A stretch of 42,402 nt of DNA from a virus, in the IMG/VR virus record IMGVR_UViG_3300045988_014198; one strand, 5' to 3'. Shown piece by piece: positions 18,701-25,670 of the stretch (position 1 is the stretch's first letter; the number at the start of each line of letters is the position of its first letter). A program made the translations under genes and the position numbers. The notes under the pieces are model-generated. The model did not search any database and was not told where the DNA came from. It was given only the letters and a program-made list of their open reading frames with translations.

Positions 18701-21596
18701 CAAAACCGAGTTGTTCACAAGCGGTGAGGGAAAGGGCGTATTTAACGACTATGCCGCCTATGAACAGGAGCTGCGCAGCATCCACGAACAATTCAGAACC
18801 AGAAACGATTCAGACGGGCGCCGACAGCTGCGGAGCACGGAACGGCTTTCCGACGAGCTGGAGGATCTGCGCGACACCTATATCCGCAGGTACGGCGAGA
18901 TACCGGAGGGTGAAAACGCCACGCGCAAGGTGAGGATGCCGCGCAAAACGAGCGACAACAAAAAAGTGTCGCAAACGGTGCGCACCATTCTGGAGGCAAA
19001 AGCCACACCGGATGATCTGACACCTACCATTGAGGAAATGGCGCTGCGCGGTGAGTTCTCGTATGAGGCATATTCCGACAAGAACGCCATTGCTGACGCG
19101 ACGGCAGAGATCAAGCGCGTGGGGTGGGCGCAGGCACTCACGGATTGGACGAGCAGCGTCCAAAAAGGCAACGTTTCCAAGAAGAATACCGCAATGGGCT
19201 GGGCGCTGTATAACAATGCCGCCAACAGCGGCGACACAGCGACTGCGCTGACTGTGCTGAACAATATGGTCGAGCATCAGCGAAGCGCAGCACAAGCACT
19301 GCAAGCCACGCGCATACTGAAAAAGCTTAGTCCCGAAACACAGCTCTATCAGGTGCAGCGCAGCGTTGAAAACTTGCAGGAGGAAATGAACAAGCGCTAT
19401 GGCGACAAAAAATCTCCTAAGCTGAAAATCGACCCGGAGCTGGCGGAGCGATTTATGCGGGCAAAGAATCAGACCGAGCGAGATAAAGCGCTGACTGATA
19501 TCTACCGAGACATTGGCCGTCAGATGCCGTCGAGATTGATCGACAAATGGAACGCATGGCGATATCTTGCGATGCTCGGAAACGCGAGAACTCATGTGCG
19601 AAACATTGTCGGCAATGCTGGGTTCGCCCCGGTCGTCGCCCTTAAAAACACGATTGCCATCGGCATTGAAGCGGGAACAAGCCGCGTTACTGGCGGAAAA
19701 CTTGAGCGAAGCAAAACATTTGCTGGCGGCGCAGAGGGCAAGGCTCTCAGAAAAGCGGCGTCTGCGGATTTTGCAAAAATCCAAGATGCGGTAATGGGCG
19801 GCGGAAAGTACAGCGAGTTCCAAAATGCCAATAAGCATATAGAGGAAGGCCGCGTAATTTTCCAGAGTAAAATTCCCGGTCTAAAGCAAGTCAGCAAGGG
19901 TCTGGAGTGGGCAAGAAAGGCAAACAGCGTTGCGCTGGATGCGGAGGATATGTGGTTTTCTAAGCCGCATTACGCCCACGCAATGGCGCAATACTGCAAG
20001 GCACACGGCATCACGGCAGAAATGATCGCCAAGGGCGAAAACATTGAGAAGGCCAGACAATACGCAATCAAGGAAGCGCAAAAAGCGACATACCGCGACA
20101 CGAACGCTTTTTCTCAGTTCGCAAGCGAGATCGGAAGACGAAGCAGGCAGGGAAACAGAACAGGCGTGGAAAAAGTGGCAAGTGGTATTGTGGAGGGTAT
20201 TCTCCCGTTCCGCAAAACGCCTGCCAACATTTTAGTACGCGGCGTGGAATACAGCCCCATCGGTCTGATGCGCGGCATAAAGCAAGCAGTGTTTGATGTG
20301 AGAGCCGGGAAAATAACGGGCGCAGAAGCCATTGATACGATCTCTGCCGGATTGACCGGCACGGCGTTGGTTGGGCTTGGTGCGTTTCTCGCGGCGCAAG
20401 CTCTTTTGCGTGGACACGGCGGAGATGATGATGATAAGAACAAGTTCGACGAACTGCAAGGGCATCAGGCCTATTCGCTTGAGCTGCCGGATGGGACAAG
20501 CATCACGCTTGATTGGCTGGCTCCGGAGTGTCTCCCGTTGTTTATTGGCGTAAACCTGTGGGAACAGACAAATGGTGGAAAAAGCTCTTTAACGCTGGCG
20601 GAACTGCTGGAAGCAATCTCCAACGTGTCCGAGCCTCTTTTGGAAATGAGCTGTCTGCAAAGCCTAAACGACGTGCTTGACGTAGTGGGATACGCAAAAA
20701 GCGACGGTTTGGCGGCACTTCCAAAGGCTATGGCTAACGCGGCCACCAGTTATCTGACGCAGGCGCTTCCCACGCTTTTAGGTCAGGCAGAACGAACCGG
20801 CGAGGACAAGCGGTATACAACATATACAGACAAGAATGCGTTTTTGACAACGGATATGCAGTATACCCTTGGCCGAGCCAGCGCCCGCATTCCGGGGTGG
20901 GATTATAAGCAGATCCCGTTTATCGACGCATGGGGTCGTACAGAATACACGGGAAAGACCGCAGCGCGTGCCTTTAACAATTTCCTGAATCCCGCTTTTG
21001 TTTCCGAAGTCAATAAAAGCCCGATGGAAACGGAGCTAATGCGGCTATATAACGCAACGGGCGAATCTGTTTTCCCCAGCAGAGCCGGTAAGACAATTAC
21101 TGTCAACGGAGAACGTGTCAATCTGACCGCAGAGGAGTATGTGAAGTACGCCGAAAAGAAAGGGAAGGGAGCATATGACCGGCTTACAAACCTGACAAAG
21201 GACGCGGAGTATAAGAAACTGACGGATGCCGAAAAGGTGCAGTGCGTGGATCTTATTTACACCTTTACTGACCAGATGGCAAAGACAAGCGTCAGCAAGT
21301 ACACGCCTGATTCGTGGGTCAAAAAGGCATCTGAAGCGGAAAAAAAGGGCATCAGCGTCACCGATTTTGTCATTGCAAAGACAAAAGTATCGCCGGTCGA
21401 ATCGCTTAAAGACAGCAAGGGAAATTCGATTCAATACAGCAAAAGCCTTTTGATCATGGAGCGGCTATACACGATTCCCGGATTGACCAGTGAGCAAAGA
21501 CGTATTTTGTTCATTGACTTGGGTGTGAGTGAAAAGGTTGCGCATTACAACAAGGCGCTTGTGCAGCAGGAATTGAATAAGATGCGAAATAAATAA
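15741..21596 (+). CDS. Giant (1951 aa) multidomain virion/ejection-type protein with two zincin HExxH motifs and C-terminal TM segments
   Basis: Uninterrupted 5.9-kb ORF. HEITH occurs at 17640-17654 (aa 634-638) and again at 18489-18503 (aa 917-921). A hydrophobic segment GLTGTALVGLGAFLAAQALL lies near 20347-20406, and MPVVNTKKQ is duplicated at the N-terminus. Confidence 0.8.
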   Translation: MANGTVKMPVVNTKKQKQGSALEMPVVNTKKQRASADTVKADTSGQKNAAKQTGQTNYREVDPLPNIANTGALGAGNYGADKQANDGYNYGKGLLKAGGMGLSAIARDVTAPLAFGERTVAKGWNALFGNIAPMNERGFFNAWDENIALEQEGLQQKYAENTAKGGQYAEKGENLLASAVEALPSLAIAFATGGTSAAAKAGTLAAQTAAKSSPALVQTLKNVAAARAKDPNYLFSAAQIFSHSYNDAKTEGVDDKRAALYAIGNALLGSEIEISGGIQNLPGKVANQAAWRTLVNTMLDEGKEEVLQGIIDRTLQNAVYDADNPYFGVNENAIFDPGTAAEEFAGGAIVGGLLSGGTMGVNTLANRVAYGAAKAQYNRDVRQNTAPEMNEKASEAVEAVTRGETITGNQAAAIARDPVAVEVLEQRTGVKLDTDKPISQVKRDIAGLASREAAHETQRATPPSPAVQKRAEKRVGGFLENGQKAYQEMSRTAEDAPSLYAGFSSVYNAGLNGIEADKAKGKYAAMLTPEQRYAAYNAGLEDARAQVARENAEVASVTTTAGAGLADNEYSRAIIAKSKNTASVFNAVGKKLGVRIEFVDKVMGGKANGQYIREQNLIQIATDRKKPYLPVAAHEITHRMQDLAPNEYREFRKAALEYRMRENGADTEAEWVDTYIEIAEQDGVTLTQDEAMDEIAADFAGEMLDNIDLFERFTKENRTVAQKLLDSLKEFIGKVKSIFTGNAREKAAQDAYGKSFGELEAVAQKWQTAFDAAAKRAIINTEKTFTEGAEYEREGRAGKEAYGRGEEEGRAAGRGEDQTVRGEFSSSSGRHGEIGADFGEKPYRAWVSGNTIAPGVGSVSYDAQKTAAEFRVPSFVVSDTAWVKERGANSSPAFSVHGQIYFRETAPERNRGMLAPHEITHVMAQTGFSPYIDFVERTPSMLNMSDPVTQILLEQVAAHQGATIETADPAHLYDEFNATMYGHIASGKTELFTSGEGKGVFNDYAAYEQELRSIHEQFRTRNDSDGRRQLRSTERLSDELEDLRDTYIRRYGEIPEGENATRKVRMPRKTSDNKKVSQTVRTILEAKATPDDLTPTIEEMALRGEFSYEAYSDKNAIADATAEIKRVGWAQALTDWTSSVQKGNVSKKNTAMGWALYNNAANSGDTATALTVLNNMVEHQRSAAQALQATRILKKLSPETQLYQVQRSVENLQEEMNKRYGDKKSPKLKIDPELAERFMRAKNQTERDKALTDIYRDIGRQMPSRLIDKWNAWRYLAMLGNARTHVRNIVGNAGFAPVVALKNTIAIGIEAGTSRVTGGKLERSKTFAGGAEGKALRKAASADFAKIQDAVMGGGKYSEFQNANKHIEEGRVIFQSKIPGLKQVSKGLEWARKANSVALDAEDMWFSKPHYAHAMAQYCKAHGITAEMIAKGENIEKARQYAIKEAQKATYRDTNAFSQFASEIGRRSRQGNRTGVEKVASGIVEGILPFRKTPANILVRGVEYSPIGLMRGIKQAVFDVRAGKITGAEAIDTISAGLTGTALVGLGAFLAAQALLRGHGGDDDDKNKFDELQGHQAYSLELPDGTSITLDWLAPECLPLFIGVNLWEQTNGGKSSLTLAELLEAISNVSEPLLEMSCLQSLNDVLDVVGYAKSDGLAALPKAMANAATSYLTQALPTLLGQAERTGEDKRYTTYTDKNAFLTTDMQYTLGRASARIPGWDYKQIPFIDAWGRTEYTGKTAARAFNNFLNPAFVSEVNKSPMETELMRLYNATGESVFPSRAGKTITVNGERVNLTAEEYVKYAEKKGKGAYDRLTNLTKDAEYKKLTDAEKVQCVDLIYTFTDQMAKTSVSKYTPDSWVKKASEAEKKGISVTDFVIAKTKVSPVESLKDSKGNSIQYSKSLLIMERLYTIPGLTSEQRRILFIDLGVSEKVAHYNKALVQQELNKMRNK

Positions 21597-21679
21597 AAGA
21601 AAGGAGCAACGGGCGATAGGGCAACCATCCTATGGCACCATCCCGCCGCAAGGCGATCCGCAAGCCTGCGTAACGCAGG

Positions 21680-21925
21680 ATGAATCAGGAGCACCGTAAA
21701 ATACGGGCTATGCTGCATAGCATGGCACCCAAGAGAGCTATCGCGTGGATCCAATCTTTTGACTTGCCGCAGGAGGAGGCACAGTGTATCGCGGAATGCG
21801 ATGTGCGGGGACGAAGCTGCGTGGAAGCGGCTTTCTCCCTCCACGTTTCGCCGGAGACGGTGAAAAAGTACCGCAGACGGGCATACGGAAAAATAGCGGA
21901 CGGAATGAAATTTTACGGAGAATAA
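21680..21925 (+). CDS. Small HTH regulator, sigma-70 region-4-like
   Basis: 81 aa. The C-terminal SLHVSPETVKKYRRRAYGKI resembles a region-4/LuxR-type HTH. The start is abutted by a 6-bp hairpin (21665-21679). The start codon choice is uncertain. Confidence 0.45.
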   Translation: MNQEHRKIRAMLHSMAPKRAIAWIQSFDLPQEEAQCIAECDVRGRSCVEAAFSLHVSPETVKKYRRRAYGKIADGMKFYGE

Positions 21926-21930
21926 AAGAA

Positions 21931-21965
21931 CTGCCAGCACAAGCTGGCAGTCTCTTTATTTTTTT
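21931..21965. terminator. Bidirectional intrinsic terminator between convergent genes
   Basis: CTGCCAGC-ACAA-GCTGGCAG hairpin flanked by an A-run upstream and a T-run downstream (TCTCTTTATTTTTTT). Confidence 0.7.
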
Positions 21966-22330
21966 GGCTGCTTCTTTAGCCACACAATGTAGCATATAAG
22001 ACCTGAAAGCACAGCGCCAATTATGTATTTTGCCTCGTCCGGCATATACCAACCAAGTTTATCTATCAAAACCGAAATTCCAAGTGTTCCATAGTACAAC
22101 CCATAAGAAATCCAACTCACACAGTCCTCTGAAATATTTGTAATCAGCAATAATATTCCCATAAGAGTTAGAGGGGCGCAAAAAAGCAGGTACATTGCAA
22201 GAGACAAATTTACAAACCTATGAAATCCGCCACCGCATAAAGCGACTACCGCCCCCAAAAACAATGCAACCAATGCAGATATAATTGCATAAAAAAATGC
22301 AGACCCTTTTCTTGATGTAAAAAACTTCAC
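21956..22330 (-). CDS. AT-rich cargo gene: small polytopic membrane protein (possible superinfection exclusion)
   Basis: A GTG at 22330 follows GGGGGA. About four hydrophobic segments (FFYAIISALVALFLGAVVAL, LAMYLLFCAPLTLMGILLLI, YGLYYGTLGISVLI, IIGAVLSGLICYIVW). The longer ORF call (to 22546) would run through a consensus promoter on the other strand. Confidence 0.55.
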   Translation of the reverse strand: MKFFTSRKGSAFFYAIISALVALFLGAVVALCGGGFHRFVNLSLAMYLLFCAPLTLMGILLLITNISEDCVSWISYGLYYGTLGISVLIDKLGWYMPDEAKYIIGAVLSGLICYIVWLKKQPKK

Positions 22331-22380
22331 GCGCAATTCCCCCGCTTTCAGCAAATATATTACACGAGGAATAAATATCC

Positions 22381-22426
22381 TTGACTTTTGGCAGACAAAT
22401 GTTATAATAGCATTATGGCAGACAAA
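22381..22426 (+). promoter_or_regulatory. Near-consensus sigma-70 promoter flanked by an 11-nt direct repeat (putative operator)
   Basis: TTGACT (22381-22386), 16-nt spacer, TATAAT (22403-22408). TGGCAGACAAA occurs at 22389-22399 and 22416-22426, bracketing the -10 element. Confidence 0.6.
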
Positions 22427-22441
22427 AGTGAGGTGATGATA

Positions 22442-22615
22442 ATGTCGCCAAGAACAGGCCGACCTACTGACAATCCCAAACAAGATCGAATTACCGTCAG
22501 GCTGGACAACGAGGCAAATCAAATACTGCGATTGTACTGCGAACAAAAATTAGTAGACAAGGCAGAAGCTATACGCAGAGGGATTAAAAAGTTGGCCGGA
22601 GAAATTGAGAAATGA
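22442..22615 (+). CDS. Ribbon-helix-helix (Arc/CopG-like) repressor
   Basis: 57 aa. The ATG follows GTGAGGTGA. KQDRITVRLDNEANQILRLYCEQKLVDKAEAIRRGIKKL fits the beta-strand plus two-helix RHH pattern. Confidence 0.7.
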   Translation: MSPRTGRPTDNPKQDRITVRLDNEANQILRLYCEQKLVDKAEAIRRGIKKLAGEIEK

Positions 22616-22738
22616 AACAGCCCGTCACCCTCAGAAAGTCACGGACTGTCTCTATACCCCCAGCCGCCGCAGCGGATGGTTAAATCTATTATAACCGGCG
22701 CTGCGGTGAAAATCAACTGAAAAGAGAGGATTTTTACC

Positions 22739-22966
22739 ATGACTGTTAAGGAAATTTGCGATGTTCTCCAAAATCCCCGTGAGGTCAACCTGTCGGCAGA
22801 CGGCTTCTGCTACCCCGTGATGCGGGACGGCGAAAAGGAATACGATCTTGTGATGATGGCCGCGTTTGGCGACTGCAAGGTGCGGAATCTGATATCCTGC
22901 AGGAACAAGGACGGATGCTTTGAAATCGCGCTGGCGATGGATCTGGTGAAGGAGGTGCAGTCATGA
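22739..22966 (+). CDS. Hypothetical small protein
   Basis: 75-aa ORF with an RBS (AGAGAGGA). Its stop overlaps the antirepressor start (ATGA). Confidence 0.5.
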   Translation: MTVKEICDVLQNPREVNLSADGFCYPVMRDGEKEYDLVMMAAFGDCKVRNLISCRNKDGCFEIALAMDLVKEVQS

Positions 22967-23700
22967 GCGAGCTGATGATCTTCAACAACCCGTATTTCGG
23001 GGATGTGCGCATCGTGGAGCAGAAGGGCGAGCCGTGGTTTGTGGGGAAGGACGTGGCGACGGCGCTGGGGTATAAGAACAGCAGGCAGGCCCTTGCAACG
23101 AATGTGGACGTTGACGATAGGGGCGTCCAAGAAATGGACACCCCCTCCGGAACGCAGGAGATGACCATCATCAACGAGAGCGGCTTGTACTCCCTTATCC
23201 TTGGCTCCAAGCTGCCCACGGCGAAGGAGTTCAAGCGGTGGGTGACGGGTGAGGTGCTGCCCGCTATCCGCAAGCACGGAGGCTACGTGAACGGGCAGGA
23301 AAGCATGACGCCGGAGGAGCTGATGGCGGCGGCGCTGCTGATGGCGCAGAGAACCATCGCAGACAGGGACGCGCGTATCTCCACGCTGACTGTGGAAAAT
23401 CAGATCATGGCACCAAAGGCAGACTACTTCGACCAGCTGGTGGAGCGGAACACGCTGACGAACTTCCGGGAGACGGCCAAGGCGCTGGAGGTATCGCCGA
23501 AGAAGTTTGTATCGTTCCTACTGGAGAAGAAGTATATCTATCGGGACAGCAAGGGCAAACTGCTGCCCTATGAGGCGAAGAACGACGGTCTTTTCGAGGT
23601 GAAGGAGTGTTTGAACGAAAAGACGAAGTGGAGCGGCGTACAGACGCTGATCACGCCGAAGGGGCGGGAGACATTCCGGCTTCTGTTTCCTGCGGCATAA
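22963..23700 (+). CDS. Antirepressor (BRO-N domain + KilA-C/ANT domain)
   Basis: The N-terminus (IFNNPYFGDVRIVEQKGEPWFVGKDVATALGY...SGLYSLILGSKLP.AKEFKRWVT.EVLPAIRKHG) is a classic Bro-N. The C-terminus (KADYFDQLV...NFRETAKAL...KKFVSFLLEKKYIYRD) is KilAC-like. Confidence 0.8.
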   Translation: MSELMIFNNPYFGDVRIVEQKGEPWFVGKDVATALGYKNSRQALATNVDVDDRGVQEMDTPSGTQEMTIINESGLYSLILGSKLPTAKEFKRWVTGEVLPAIRKHGGYVNGQESMTPEELMAAALLMAQRTIADRDARISTLTVENQIMAPKADYFDQLVERNTLTNFRETAKALEVSPKKFVSFLLEKKYIYRDSKGKLLPYEAKNDGLFEVKECLNEKTKWSGVQTLITPKGRETFRLLFPAA

Positions 23701-23716
23701 GGCACTTTCCATACGC

Positions 23717-23747
23717 AAAGCAGACCCTTCCGGGGGTCTGCTTTTTT
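23717..23747 (+). terminator. Intrinsic terminator after the ant operon
   Basis: GCAGACCC (23720-23727) pairs with GGGTCTGC (23734-23741), followed by TTTTTT (23742-23747). Confidence 0.75.
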
Positions 23748-23777
23748 GTATGCTTATAGAGAAGAGAGGTGGTCGTG

Positions 23778-24161
23778 ATGTTCGTATGGTATAACCCGAA
23801 TCCCTCCGGCAAGAACGTGGGAGACTGTCCTGTTCGCGCGATCTGCCGCGCCACGGGGCAGGGCTGGCATGAGACGTATGTGCAGCTTTGTATGCAGGGT
23901 CTGGCTCTTGCGGATATGCCCAGCGCCAACAACGTGTGGGGCGCGTATCTCAAGAAGCTGGGCTTTTCACGGCATATCATCCCGGAGGACTGCTCGGACA
24001 GCTATTCCGTGAGTGATTTTGCAATGGATCACCCGCGTGGTACATATCTGCTGGCGCTGGCGTCCCATGTGGTGTGCGTGATAGACGGAGACTGGCACGA
24101 CACATGGGATTCCGGAGCCGAAACACCCTTGTATTACTGGGAAAGGACGGATGAAGCATGA
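23778..24161 (+). CDS. Cargo gene a: hypothetical protein with papain-like Cys...His...Asp order
   Basis: The ATG follows GAGAGGTGG. NVGDCPVRAI (Cys) ... ASHVVCVIDGDWHDTWDSG (His, Asp) is arranged as in papain/NlpC-type thiol hydrolases. This is pattern only, with no family match confirmed. Confidence 0.45.
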   Translation: MFVWYNPNPSGKNVGDCPVRAICRATGQGWHETYVQLCMQGLALADMPSANNVWGAYLKKLGFSRHIIPEDCSDSYSVSDFAMDHPRGTYLLALASHVVCVIDGDWHDTWDSGAETPLYYWERTDEA

Positions 24162-24568
24162 ACTATCCATACTACGGAAACCCCTATATGCCGCCGATGC
24201 AGGACAACCTCGCCCAGCTGAGGCAGCAGCAGATGCAGGCCATTCCGCCGATGCCGCAAAATCCTCTGCCGCAGAGCGGCGTGCAGTGGGTATCCGGCGA
24301 ACAGGAGGCAAGAAGCTGGATGGTCGCGCCCAATGCGGCGGTGGCGCTGTGGGACTCGACGGCTCCCACGGTGTATCTGAAACAGGCCGATGCAAGCGGC
24401 AAGCCGACGCTCAAGGTGTACGACCTTGTGGAGCGGCTTGCAAGCGCTCCTGATACGCAGAAAGCGCCCGCTGCGGAATATGTGACCCGTAAGGAGTTCG
24501 ACGCGCTGGCGGCGCTTGTGAGCGAAATGAAGGGCAAGAAGCGCAAGGAGGAAAAGAGCGATGAATAA
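24158..24568 (+). CDS. Cargo gene b: hypothetical protein with a P/Q/Y-rich N-terminus
   Basis: The start overlaps the gene a stop (ATGA). MNYPYYGNPYMPPMQ...QQQMQAIPPMPQNPLPQ is followed by a compact domain (GVQWVSGEQEARSWMVAPNAAVALWDS...) and a K/E-rich tail. Confidence 0.5.
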   Translation: MNYPYYGNPYMPPMQDNLAQLRQQQMQAIPPMPQNPLPQSGVQWVSGEQEARSWMVAPNAAVALWDSTAPTVYLKQADASGKPTLKVYDLVERLASAPDTQKAPAAEYVTRKEFDALAALVSEMKGKKRKEEKSDE

Positions 24569-24761
24569 TCCGTTTTTCGGTGCAATGGGCGGCGGCAACG
24601 GCTTTATGCAGATGGTGCAGCAGTTCAAGCAGTTCAAGGCGAATTTCCAAGGCGACCCAAAAGCAGAGGTGGAAAAGCTATTGCAAAGCGGCAAGCTCAC
24701 GCAGCAGCAGTTGAACCAGCTCCAGCAGATGGCGAAGCAATTTCAAAGTCTAATGGAATAA
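24561..24761 (+). CDS. Cargo gene c: small Q-rich helical protein
   Basis: 66 aa, overlapping the gene b stop by 8 nt. It has a Gly-rich N-terminus (FFGAMGGGNGFMQ) and then a Q/K-rich helix. Confidence 0.45.
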   Translation: MNNPFFGAMGGGNGFMQMVQQFKQFKANFQGDPKAEVEKLLQSGKLTQQQLNQLQQMAKQFQSLME

Positions 24762-24766
24762 GCAAA

Positions 24767-24809
24767 ACATAAGACGAAACGTAAGACGAAACGTAAGACA
24801 AAACGTAAC
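24767..24809. repeat. 12-bp tandem repeat x3.6 (ACGTAAGACGAA consensus), intergenic
   Basis: ACATAAGACGAA / ACGTAAGACGAA / ACGTAAGACAAA / ACGTAAC read directly from the sequence, located between cargo genes c and d. Confidence 0.9.
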
Positions 24810-24866
24810 TTGTTTCTTGATCGTGGCCGCGATTCAGATAAATTACAACTACAAAGGAGTGATACT

Positions 24867-25559
24867 ATGTCTATTTCCGAGGGTATGCCCACCATGACCA
24901 TGCCTGTGGCCCCTGCCAATGGCAGCGGTAACGGCTTTGGCTTTGGCGGTGACGGCGCGTGGTTCCTCATCATCCTGTTCCTGTTCGCGTTCTGCGGCTG
25001 GGGCGGAAATGGCTGGGGCAACAGCGGCAATTCCGGTGGTGTGGTGGACGGCTATGTGCTGGCCTCCGACTTCTCCAACATCGAGCGCAAAATGGATCTC
25101 ATCAACGGCGGGCTGTGCGACGGCTTTTATGCCGTGAACAACACGCTGTTGACCGGTTTCGGCAATGCCGAGCTGTCCCGCGCCAACCAGCAGGCCGCAC
25201 TGATGCAGCAGCTCAGCGCTATGCAGATGCAGGCGGCAAACTGCTGCTGCGAGAACAGAGCCGCCATTGCGCAGGTGCGCTACGACATGGCGACGCAGGC
25301 GTGTGACACGCGGAACACCGTGCAGAACGCCACCCGCGACATCGTGGAGAACCAGAACGCCAACAGCCGCGCCATCCTGGACTTCCTGACCAACTCCAAG
25401 ATGCGCGATCTGGAGAGCGCAAATCAGGAGCTGCGTCTGGCCGCGTCTCAGGCTGCGCAGAACAACTACCTGATCTCCCAGCTGCGGCCTACGCCCATCC
25501 CGGCGTATGCATCCTGCAATCCGTGGGCTGGCAGCTACACCGGCTGCTCCGGCTGCTGA
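24867..25559 (+). CDS. Cargo gene d: Gly/Asn-rich membrane protein with Q/N/A-rich helical domain and Cys-rich C-terminus
   Basis: The ATG follows AAAGGAGTGA. GNGFGFGGDG-AWFLIILFLFAFCGW-GGNGWGNSGNSGG is one TM segment flanked by G/N tracts. There is an internal CCC and a C-terminal CNPWAGSYTGCSGC. Confidence 0.55.
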   Translation: MSISEGMPTMTMPVAPANGSGNGFGFGGDGAWFLIILFLFAFCGWGGNGWGNSGNSGGVVDGYVLASDFSNIERKMDLINGGLCDGFYAVNNTLLTGFGNAELSRANQQAALMQQLSAMQMQAANCCCENRAAIAQVRYDMATQACDTRNTVQNATRDIVENQNANSRAILDFLTNSKMRDLESANQELRLAASQAAQNNYLISQLRPTPIPAYASCNPWAGSYTGCSGC

Positions 25560-25619
25560 CAACTGCATAGGAATCTATTTCCAAAACGGAAATTGTTCAG
25601 CTCCGGGCTGATATTAAAA

Positions 25620-25654
25620 GGCGGCGGGGCAATAGCTCCGCCGTCTGCATTTTT
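25620..25654 (+). terminator. Intrinsic terminator after cargo gene d
   Basis: An 11-bp stem, GGCGGCGGGGC / GCTCCGCCGTC (two G-U pairs), with loop AATA, followed by TGCATTTTT. Confidence 0.55.
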
Positions 25655-25670
25655 GAAAGGAGTGAGTATT

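Noticed and set aside
21956-22546. The full 196-aa version of the minus-strand membrane ORF.
   Set aside because: The N-terminal 72 codons overlap the consensus promoter, operator repeats and 5' end of the RHH gene on the + strand and look non-coding in composition. A GTG at 22330 with an upstream GGGGGA gives a coherent 124-aa membrane protein.
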